Assembly (NCBI GenBank): GCA_951406725.2
Contig: OX597816.1
Location: forward strand, 93,744,001-93,808,000
Origin: Octopus vulgaris
Lineage: Eukaryota
Reading direction: 5' to 3'
Length of the DNA stretch: 64,000 bases
The notes under the pieces: generated by a model
Database searches by the model: none
What the model was told of the DNA's origin: nothing
The model's input: the letters and a program-made list of their open reading frames with translations, nothing else
Translations under genes and position numbers: made by a program
Part shown: piece after piece, positions 53,358 through 64,000 of the stretch
How the letters are laid out: each line of letters opens with the position of its first letter
How positions within the stretch are numbered: position 1 is the stretch's first letter

Positions 53358-53418
53358 GATAACTGAAGAGATGACGGCGTGGATTTCCACCTCGGCATCC
53401 GAAACTCGGAGTTTTATC
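53358..53418 (+). ncRNA. Type I hammerhead ribozyme in a ~190-bp (TA)n-flanked element
   Basis: Helix I GATAA/TTATC. Core CTGAAGA (53363-53369). Long helix II GATG..GTGGA/TCCAC..CATC with one extra C. GAAA (53401-53404). Helix III ACT-cgg-AGT. Triplet GUU, cutting after 53413. Confidence 0.75.
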
Positions 53419-53521
53419 ATGGCTACCGAATAATTGTCACATATTACATTTACAGATAAATTCCTCTATTTACATAATATCGAGGTCTCTTTCTTTCTTT
53501 TGTTGTCTTACCTTTTTTTAT

Positions 53522-53555
<34 letters not shown>

Positions 53556-54216
53556 TGTGAAGTTCTTCAAGAGAAGGAGTGAATATCAAAGGATAAAGTA
53601 AGGAATGATTTGCTAGATGATGTGCGCTAATAAAAATGTTCAAAATTCTATTTAACCGAAATTTCCTTCTTGGAGAAAGAAACTAAGAAAGTTTGCGCAC
53701 TTGCGTATTGCCGTTGTCACTTAGCTCCTAAACAGTCGAAGTTGAGTAAACCTGTGATTAAATATGTTCAATCTATGACCGTATCGATATTTTCTCATAT
53801 GTAGTATAACTTGGACAATACTATTGAAATTCTTCTGCTTGTAAGACAATAAGGCATAATTTGAGGAAGATTTAACAGATATTTCTAGCAGGTTGAGCAA
53901 GCACATAGAACAGAGGTGGGGAACTTTTACAGTATCAAGAGGCGAGTAGCGAAAGTAGAAGTACCCGTGGGAGCACGTATCTGCAAAGATATGTAACTTA
54001 GATTAAATTACTGTTTTGGTCTTAATGCTTAAACCGTTTTTTGCAAATGGATTTTTAGAAACTTTGTCAGCGGGCGGTTTCGAATTTGTATGCAGGCGAA
54101 ATTTCATCCATAACCGAGGGGTTCCAGACACTTACATACAGGATCCCTCGTTAGTTGCATTGTGTTACGTAACATCAGACAAGCGAGTAGATGTAATTCT
54201 TTCTGTTCGCTTAGAT

Positions 54217-54660
54217 CAGCGGTTCTCAAACTATGGGTCGCGACCCACATTAGTTTGTGGTATATTTCTGAAAGAGTCATGAAAAAAAAAAAAAAACTTC
54301 TACTTATAAAATATTTTGTTAAATATATAATATTCGTGGTTTTGTTATTCAATAAACTAGAAGGTTTTTAATAATATATATTTTTTAATGCAGACATAAG
54401 AATACAACATAAAATCTACAAAACATTACAAAATGTAGGAATCGAATACAATTGTCGGTTTTGATTCTACCTTTGCAGAGTATTATGATACATTCGGTCT
54501 CGGAGAGTTCCCTGGTTGATTTTGAAGCTCACCCAATACTTAAGCTGATATGATCTTCAAGTAATTCTTTCAAGCGATTTTTAAGAAAACCGAAACCTAG
54601 CCTTTTCATACACATAGCCCCAAATATAGAATCTGTTTACTATTTATATACAGTTAAAGG
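54217..54660 (-). mobile_element. hAT (Charlie/Buster-like) terminal relic
   Basis: cagcggttctcaaact..gggtcgcgaccc TIR-like end and a decayed KNRL...LED dimerization-domain-like text on the minus strand. Confidence 0.45.
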
Positions 54661-54794
54661 CACCCCAGGACATCAGGACTAGACGATAACTATGCTTTTT
54701 ACATGATATATATAAAAGGATTAATGGTCGCAAAGATATTTTTCTGAGCCGTATAGATAGGAACTTGATATATGATACTCATATAGCATAATTT

Positions 54795-54978
54795 TTTCTA
54801 CTCTAGGCACAAGGCCCGAACTTTTGGGGCAGGGAGCCAGTCGATTAGGTCAACCCCAGTACGAAACCGGTACTTAATTTATCGACCTCGACAGGATGAA
54901 AGGCAAAGTCGACCTCGACGGAATTTGAACTCAGAACGTAGCGGCAGACGATATACCGCTAAGCATTTCGCCCGGCGT
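54795..54978 (-). mobile_element. SINE family A
   Basis: Reverse-complement match to family A. Confidence 0.9.
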
Positions 54979-54999
54979 GACATATAGTATGATATAGCA

Positions 55000-55340
55000 G
55001 CTTGGTGTGGTAATATATATATTATATCGTCCAACTGATAACTCAAATCGTGACAGTAGATTAAAGAAAAGCTTTAAAATGATAAAAGAAATACTAACGA
55101 AAGTGAATGAATACATTAATGCATTTATGTTGGGCGACTTCTTCAACTTTCCCAACATCAGATGGCCTGGAGACAATATACTTCCAGGAAAGTCTCTCAA
55201 AGAACAGAATCAAACAGAATCTTTAACTTATACCGCTTAGAAGTTGTTTACAGAATAAGTAATACTGTTCCCGATCAGAAGCAATGCCATCTTAGGTCTC
55301 TGCTTCACCAATAACGTAGAACTTATCCACATTGTGAAGG
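55000..55340 (+). mobile_element. CR1-type APE endonuclease fragment
   Basis: ILYRPTD, MLGDFFNFPNIRW and PIRSNAILGLCFTN resemble the YRPP, GDFN and PTR..ILDL.FTN motifs. Confidence 0.8.
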
Positions 55341-55702
55341 TTGGGGTTGTCTTGTTTAGAACTCCTTTGAGCATAGATCCTCTCAGATAGAGCTAACCTG
55401 GGGTTAAGTAAAAATTTTATTAAAATAGCAAAATAGTTTATGCCGGCAGGATGTATTACACATCTAATACCGAAGTGGTTAAAAATAACTGGTTAACTCA
55501 TACGTGTGTGAAAGAATATCTACAGATTTGCAACAGTGACACTAAGATATTAACCATTGTTCATGTAAACGGTACATTACTCTCATATTCCCATTGGTTA
55601 TGTTTATTTCTCTTTATTTTCTCTGCTGCAAAGGAAATGCTCTTTGGCTCATATTTCACTTAAAGATCGCTGCGAAACTTAAACCGATCATTTGGCAACG
55701 AA

Positions 55703-55760
<58 letters not shown>

Positions 55761-56644
55761 GTAACAACAAAAACAACAACAATAATAATAATAGGAGAAA
55801 ATAAAATAAATATAATAAAATAAACATAATTAAGCTAAAGAAATTATGAAACTTAATAGAACTGAAAAAATACATAGGCAAAATATAAATAAAATGTAGA
55901 AAAATAAACTAAAGAAATACATTTATTTAATAGACTAAATTTTTGCTCGGATATTTAGTGTTAATGTTGTTTTAATCTTCCACTGTTATAGGTTGACAAC
56001 CCGTCCGAAGCATTGGATTTCAATAGCGTCAGAATGTCGGTAAATGGTGAATGAAAGAATTTAAAGCAAAACAATATTTCGTCTTAATATACGTGGGAAA
56101 GTCGGAAAGATAAAACAATATTAAAAAACATTATGTACATTATTTTTATCTTTTATTTTCTTTCCCTATTATTTCTTTCTTTGTTTATTGTTTATTTATT
56201 TATTTTTGAGAAAGATGATGCGGATGTAAGAACATTCGGTTGAAGAACTAATATCGTTTTATTATGTTTTCCAATTCTCACATATTGATTGCTAAATTAA
56301 TTGAATAAAAACTTTTTTTATATCAATTTGCAGTTTTTGTTTTTTGTCATTCAACAGTGGTCACACTATAACTAAGTCTGTAAGTATTTTACACAATCAT
56401 AGTAGGAATTTCAGCTTGGTATACATATTATCAATCTTCATTTATCGGAAGACGAAGTGTCTATTTAGAACCAAAATTCAACACTCCGATTTGCAATGTT
56501 AAGCATAAACACACGTAAATGCTGGCGCACATACTTGCGTATATACGAATAAATTTATGTACTCAAAACATATATACACACACACATACACACATACATA
56601 TCCTTATACACACACACTCATATGTATGTACGTACGTATGTATG

Positions 56645-56678
<34 letters not shown>

Positions 56679-57129
56679 TGTATGTATGTATGTATGTATG
56701 TATGTATGTATGTATGTATGTATATATGTATGTATGCATGTATGTATGTATATTGTGCATTGTTCGCTTGTTGATATGAAAAGAACTCAGTTCAGCGAAA
56801 GATAAATGTCATTTAATGAATACAAGAGTTATTCGTGAGCTACTTCAAGTTTCATGTTGCAATAATACAATAACTGAACAGGCTTGTATGGCGTACAGTG
56901 CTCGATTTGGCAATCTTTTAAACTCAGATGTCATGGTTACACCATAATAAGTTGCGAGAGAAAACGAGAAAAATTTGCGAGTAAAAAGTGAAAACGTTGA
57001 GAAACTTTTTAAGGGAGAGGGGGATAATTCCTTTCATTAAATCTAGGTTGTATCCCTTTAACCTGTTGAATGGAAAAAGTTTGTTTATGTTGAGTGCTTA
57101 CATTTTTTAGAAAGTTCGGTTTATGAAAC

Positions 57130-57920
57130 TCACATATATACATTAAGAGACTTGTCACTCCTCTCCTACACTGTTTAAAAGCGTGATATGTACATCAGTT
57201 ATATCTAAATCTCTTCTCTTCAAAGGAAATATCTGATAAAAGTGTCTACTTTTATAACAATGCTCTAGCTAACAGCAGCTTCAAAGATATCTTACAACCA
57301 GCCCTTCAATTGAAAATATGAAACCTAAAAACAGACCTAGGAAAATGATATGGTTTGTCCCGCCCTTTCTCTTTAAATGTCAAAACTAATATAAGCAAGA
57401 AATCCCCGGCGTTATTAGAGAAACATTTTAAGCGACGAATTGGCAGATTCATTACCGGCATTTCGCCCGTCGCTACGCTCTGAGTTCAAATACCGCTGGA
57501 GTTGATTTTGCCTTTCATATTTCCGGGGTCGATTAAATAAGTACCAGTTTAACATTGACGTTGATGTAAACGATTTACCCGCTTCCCTGAAATTGCTGGC
57601 CTTGTACCAAAATGTGAAGTCATTATTAGAGAAAAGTTTTAATAAATGATCGATAAAGATTTTATATAACTGTTGCCTCAACATGAAGGACATTATCATT
57701 CCTAAGCCTCATCAGAAACCGACGCTTAGTTGTAACTGAAGCTGTCCCGCTCTATCAGACATGCTTCATAAACTTGATCAGGAGTGCTTGATAGACTCAT
57801 TCGTTATTGCTGCTGTACTCCAAGATAACGTAAGCGAAAAGAAAAATGACGTCGGTTTATGTGAAGACAAATTTAAAAGACGATATGCAAACCACCAAGC
57901 TATGCGTAGCTGAAAGACTG
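57130..57920 (+). mobile_element. Penelope-like element relic (RT thumb/linker plus GIY-YIG)
   Basis: FYNNALANSSF, KNRPRKMIWFVPPF, NVKTNISK..LLEKHF, CN*..CPL and VGLCEDKFKRRYANH. Confidence 0.82.
57431..57622 (+). mobile_element. SINE family A inserted in the Penelope relic
   Basis: 19-bp imperfect TSD ttattagagaaacatttta (57412-57430) / ttattagagaaaagtttta (57623-57641). Confidence 0.88.
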
Positions 57921-58615
57921 AACATTCGTTTTAGATCCAAGAGTTTCACCTGACTACTTAATGCTAGATTCAAAAGTTTTAGCAAATGCAAGCAGATGGA
58001 CAAACTTGTTTTGTCGAACTGGTGCATATCGCCCTCACCAAATGAAGTAATTGTCTCACAAACTTTGGCCTCCCCGTTGAATTATATAACCCTTGGTTTT
58101 ATTTCTCTTTTTCTGTTTTTATTCAGCTTTTTTTTTCTTAAACTTTTGGCATCAACCTTCTTCTCGTGTTTTCTCAGAGACCAGAGCTCTGGTTTTCAGA
58201 GAGGACTAACCATGTGTATTGAGCCTGAATGATTGCTTGGAGTGACAAGACACTATATAAATAAGCTGAAGTATTGAGTTTTCACGGCATGAAACTATTA
58301 TAAGTTCATATTTAAAAATTGTTTAACCATCAAGAGTAAACAAGAGAGACAGAGATAGGCAGAAACAAGGAAAATGCCTCTTGTATTTGAATACTGTACA
58401 AATATTCTTTTAAAAAACTTTTCTTATAATTTTTCCAAAATTTAATTGTTTTCCATACTTAGTTGAAAATGACTGAAACCGGTACTGAAACGCTTTTTAT
58501 AAAATTATTTTAGCATTTTCTACGTTGACTTTTTTCCATATATACATGTACATATATATATACATACACACACACACACACGCGCGCGCACGCGCGCACA
58601 CACACACACACACAT

Positions 58616-58670
<55 letters not shown>

Positions 58671-58704
58671 TGTGTATGTATGTACATGTATATGCATAGT
58701 TATA

Positions 58705-59130
58705 TGCAGACTTCAGACACAGAGAAAAGTCGACATCCTGAGCACTGAGGTGATGGTCCACAAATGCCGTTTACTTTGGACTGGACACAGTGTTCGGATG
58801 AATGATGCTATATGGTGATTTTGTTTATGGAATGCCCTCCCAGGTATGTTTTAAGGATTGGGTAAAGTCCTCGTTGAATGCATGTGAAATAGAAGAAACC
58901 AATAGTAAAGAAAAGAGTACGTATTTTTGGAGAAAAAAAATCAAATTTTCCATGCAAAATTTAAGCAACCTGTTCGAAAACGTACGGCCAGTAAGGACCT
59001 TTGGTCTGAATATCAGCAGACGTGTTATACATATCAAGAGCTGGGATCATTAGTCATCAGCAGAGCCATAAGTGTAAAGTATAATTCTGTTTTTAATGAT
59101 CAATGATAGTCACGAATGGACAGCCGTCAT
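58705..59130 (+). mobile_element. RTE-clade LINE 3' end
   Basis: ILSTEVMVHKCRLLWTGHSVRMND and GMPSQVCFKDWVKSSLNACEI. Confidence 0.75.
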
Positions 59131-60789
59131 ACACACCCATATATATATATATATGTTATTTTAAATCGGCAGAATGTTACAAAAGTGACCTGAGTTTCAA
59201 GAGTTTCGTGCATGGCATATATTATGTAAGTATGTATTGAATACATATTTATTACGACTAAGGTTAATGAAGAAAAGAAATTTTTAATGGAATAAAAAAT
59301 ACTTCATTCGAAATACTGGAATAAAGCAATACAAAGAAAAACAGAAGAGATTAGTTTATAGCAAAGTATGCTTGTAAGAATACTGATTTATTTAGTGATA
59401 TTAAATATGTTTTAAATACAGTATTAAGTACTGTGAAAATGTTTAGGTACATTGTATTGAATGAAGTACAAGTCACCTCAGTATTTAATGAAATGGCTGG
59501 GACACTTTAGTTTCTGGATAAACTGATACATTATAAATCAGATAAGCTTGAGTAACGGCAATGAATTATTAACTTTAGTACATAGCTTATACGTTGCAAT
59601 TGTGTGTGTGTGTGTGTGTGTGCGTGTGTGTGTGTGCGTGTGTGTGTGTGCGTGTGTGTGTGTGTGCGTGTGTGTGTGTGGACAGAACTATGGCCGAGCG
59701 GTTAAGTACTTCGCTTCTCTATCCCAGTCTCCCACGTTCGTGTTCAATCCCACCATGCGGTTTCTTGATCAAGTGTCTTTTAATATAGCTCTAATTCGAC
59801 TTGATCCCAGTCAGTGAAACTGGCGAGGCAGAAACTGAGTTTAAGCCTGTCGTGTTCAAGGTATATATACTTGAAAGTCTCGCCTTATCACACACTATGT
59901 AATGATGATTCGACTTGGGAATTACATTTAGGTTGCTTGTATCTGTAGAATGCTAAGTTACTTTAATGTGAATTTAACAAGTAAGGTAGTTCAGTTGACC
60001 AAACGCCTTAGTTCTTATAGATTTTGACAATGTGCACTCAGCAGTCGGCATGTCATGTGTATATTTATATGCGTACATATGATTGAGTGTTTTTGTGTTT
60101 TCTTATGCATATGTATTCATTTATCTGTGATATTTCACCCCAAAGAATTGAACACTCAGAGACACATTCAGTATTTTCTTCTTTAATTATTTTACCTGGT
60201 CTGTGGCTTTGCTCAGCTCTCGTCTCCTAGCGTATATTCGACTTCATTTTTTAGTCATTATTTTATCGACCGGAAAGCCAAAATATATCAGGGCGAAATT
60301 TGAAACCAAAAGGTAAATAAATAGACATGACCAACTAAGACAGGCTGTTTGATAAGAGTAAAAGCAACCAATGTTTAACTCTTTGACTGTTCTTTGCACT
60401 ATGTGATGCAACGAACATCACCTTCAAAAATTTGTGCTTATGTATGTGGTGTAAAGTAACTAATTTTCCGTCTAGCATGTATTAATTTATGTTATTACCT
60501 TAATTATTTGTGCAATCTTACCTTCGCACAAAACATATGATGGACATTTTGATGGAAGTTGCATTGTTAGTATTTTCACTCACCAAATAAATCTTGTTTT
60601 TCATAATGTAGACTAGATATAAGTATTTTAATTGTAATATTTTTTAAAAATCTGATATGAATCCAAAAGCAAAAATGAAACCATTTAGGAAAACTTTTCT
60701 TCTTTTTCAAAATACAGATCAAATTTTAGTTATAGATTATTTATCTACATAATTAAATATTTCTTGATATAAGAACCTTATCGGTAATA

Positions 60790-60950
60790 CCAGGACAAGA
60801 TGCTGAAAACGATCCCTAAATTCCCTGACGTCGGCTTGCCTTTTATTCTTTCGGGGTCTATAAAATAAGTACTAGCCGAGCACTGGAGCCATTGTAATCG
60901 ACTTCAATACCTTTCAAAAATGCTGGCCTTGCGCCAAAATAAGAGAAGAT
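60790..60950 (+). mobile_element. SINE family A, degenerate
   Basis: gccttttattctttcggggtctataaaataagtac...tgctggccttgcgccaaaa. Confidence 0.7.
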
Positions 60951-62539
60951 TATTAACACATATCATGTTTTATAACCCACGTTGCTTTTATTAAAACGCT
61001 ACACTTTTTGTGGACTGGTAAACGTTGCGTATTTTTGATATATTCGCTCTTGCTATTCTATGATAATATAAATATATATTAGAAGACATCTAGACTAAAA
61101 ACACTAAAATCCAACACCCAACGTTTTTTCTATTGTTAGCGCAAAATAGAGCTGTGATAAGAAAGTCTTCTGTCATTGCTTTACCATAGGATAAAAAGGA
61201 TATACAAACAGGTTAGACTGTAATACATTCTAAGTAATGCTGATATCGACCTTGGTTATAAAATATAAATTTATATCATTATGAAATTTAAAGAAACTAT
61301 TGCATTACTATATTTGGATAAGTCAGTTGGCAAAAATGTCATGTCGTCACTACTATGAAGGGTTAACTTGCATAAATAAGTAAATTTTTGTAAATACTTT
61401 AGTCGTGTTTAAATATCTCATTATGAAACCAATGTATAAACTTTGAAAGTTACAGGAGGAGAATTATTCATAGAGCTTATTTTTGTTTATCGTACATGCT
61501 TTAATTATTGATTCCTTTCCACCAACGCGAGGACGAACAGCTCAGATCTGAAGAGGGTAGAACATGAAATACTGAAATATAAAACTAAGGCAGATGATCA
61601 GAATATAGTTTCAATCAAAGTCAACAATAGATATGTTTAAAACTCGGCGTTAAATACTGTAATGTATTGAGACTAACGCCGAATTAAATGAATATTAACG
61701 AGAAAACCTATTCTGTGTAATAAGCATTTATTGCTTAATGTATGAACGGAAACATCTTGTGGGTTGAAGATAGACAAAATAGCAAAAACAATATGGAAAG
61801 AAAGAAACATGAGTGGATGAAAATAAGAAAGGAAGCGAGGAGGTGGGAGAAAGTGTAGAAAATAGCTAGGAAGAAGAAAGGAACAGAGAGAAGTAGACAG
61901 AAAAGATATGCCAGAAAGTATGTGCGAGTGATAAAGGAAGAGAGATGGAAAAAGTAATACGAGATATGAGGAATAGAGAAAAGAAAAAATAAGGAAACGA
62001 AAGAGGAGAGAGAGAGAGAAAGAGATGTAAACCAGTAAATGTCGCCAAAGCTGGTAATCTTTCGCTTCCTATTTTGATCCACAACTGACAATTTAAATCA
62101 GAACTTCTTTGAACGAAGGAAAACCAGTTTCGGCATTCTTTGCTCTACTCTAATCCATTAATGGCTCACTGGCGCCGTCCAGTGAAAGCTGGCGTCACAA
62201 GAACTACCAAGTGCGACAACGCATTGGCCAACAGGGAGTAGAAAAGTCTCGTTCTAGCGAAAAGATGCTGCATAAGTGGCCGAAATCTAATTCCCCCTCC
62301 CCTTACATTACTTTCCATGCTATCACATCTGCAGACACCTTGACTAACTAGCATAATTATACATTTCTCATTTCCCTCATCACCTGTATCAAAGATTGAA
62401 ATCCTTTCCTAGATAGTTCGCCTCCCAAACTTCAAAATTCATCTAAATACGCACTGAATGATCTCCCAAGAGTTATTTGCAAATGATTTTTAAATTGGGC
62501 GTCATCCTGTTGTTAAAGCTTAATTAGGAATGTTCACCT

Positions 62540-63400
62540 GCAAATAAAACCTTATGGAAAAGACGAGACACAAAACTGTTTCTCGAATCCCCTCCGCAGT
62601 TTTTCCTTTCCTCTTCCTTTCTCTTTCCATCTCATCTTCTTTGTTGTCAAGATTTTTGGCTCCCACTAATATCAATAACACGTTCCTATCCTTAGGTAGA
62701 TGTATGGCTGAGAGGCGTATTGCCAGATATTTTATACAGGGGCTGATATCGAATGCACCGACTATCCACGATATATAACATCCATTCTAGGCACGATGTA
62801 AATTTCTTTCTTGTCGCCATAAACAACATAAACATTATTGTATTGTCTAGTAAACCAAGACAATAAATTCAGCCATGAAATTCTTCTTAGATCCCAATTT
62901 AATTAACCTACACAAACATTTATCATTGTCAGACGTAATAACCAAGCAAATTAGGTGCCAGCTCATGTTTGTATAAAAAGACCGGTTAACTTTATGGATT
63001 ACGTGTCATGGGTTCGAATTAAGCGTAGTCAAATGAATTTTAGCCTTTAAATTCATTTGACTGCGCTTAATTAGCAGAAAGTCGAAACCAGTCACTTTGG
63101 TAAAGTGATCTGCAAAAGGTTAGCACTCCTATCACATGAATGTATCGTTTATAATGATTGTCGCTAAAATAGCTTCTTTCATGAAGCATTTTATTGTTGT
63201 TGGTGGTGCTGTTTATCTTTGGGATAGCCCTGGTATAGCAGATCTCTGATCAAAGGTACACATACTTGACCAATCTGAAACGTCCTATTTTTAAGACTAA
63301 GTTCTGAAGAAAATTCGGCTGTAATTTTTAGCAGGTCAGCGTAGAAGTCAATTTCAAAGACAATGTAATATTTCCCGTGCAATTAGTTCCTGTGTAGTTC
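62540..63400 (-). mobile_element. Very old RTE-like LINE relic
   Basis: CLEWMLYISW resembles W.LRRML.ISW, and FQIGQVCVP is a weak QG motif. Boundaries are uncertain. Confidence 0.35.
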
Positions 63401-64000
63401 CTCTTGGCTCCTAAATGTTAGGCTAATGGGAGATGGCAATCTTTGCATGGTTTTACTGGTTTCAGTCGCTACATCGTTTTCCTCTATGATTTTAGTGCCC
63501 TGATATATGGTGCGTTCAGCATTGTTTTCCCAGAGACACGACTCAGTGGTTCGGTTCATACTGTTACCACCTCTTTGTTTTCTTCTTTTTTTTTGTATTT
63601 GATGTGTTGTTATTCAACAAAATTATTTTCCATAGACAAGGAATTTTAGAACAGCTGATGTTACACAGTTGTAGTTAATGACGTCCTGACTGAATATTGG
63701 ATCGAACAAGATTGTATTTCTTTCCCCGTCGCAGTTTTTTTTTTTTTGTTCCTTATAGTGGATGTTTTATTGTTTGAAATGGCTATGGGCAAGTACTCAG
63801 TCGTATTGCTTCGTCGAAGGGTAGACCGCTTATACGTTTGATTTTTGTAGTAGATATTTGTTTAATAAGAATTAGAAGTTATTCTACTATACATAGAGGT
63901 TGGTTCTTAAATATATTACATGCTGTCCATGCGAACCTGGATTTAGGTTTATAGTTGCTTTCAAACATTGGCATATTACCGATAAATAGAGACTATTATT

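Noticed and set aside
61548-61590. CTGAAGA...GAAA motif
   Set aside because: Helix II is out of register, and there is no helix III or NUH site.

Overview
Repeat-dominated, AT-rich animal genomic DNA, probably intergenic or deep intronic. It is most likely octopus, because the abundant tRNA-derived SINE families resemble those of Octopus; this is recognition from memory, not a database hit. I found no host protein-coding gene I can support. Most ORF-track entries are microsatellite artefacts, and the rest are transposon relics. DNA transposons: a full-length, inactivated Tc1-superfamily element with DD36E spacing, plus pogo, mariner and hAT relics and several Helitrons. Retroelements: L1/Tx1, R4/Dong, CR1, Jockey-like, RTE and Penelope fragments, and four SINE families. 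Three observations stand out. (1) A 1.8-kb composite Helitron (10055-11872) joins the ends of two Helitron families around captured DNA, and its empty A|T insertion site is preserved in an inverted paralog at 12887-13075. (2) Minimal type I hammerhead ribozymes are present, best formed at 37961-38044 and 53358-53418, along with a recurring class of 190-300 bp fold-back elements built around hammerhead helix-III motifs. (3) A near-perfect 0.76-kb tandem duplication lies at 18284-19814. All identities and folds were judged by eye.
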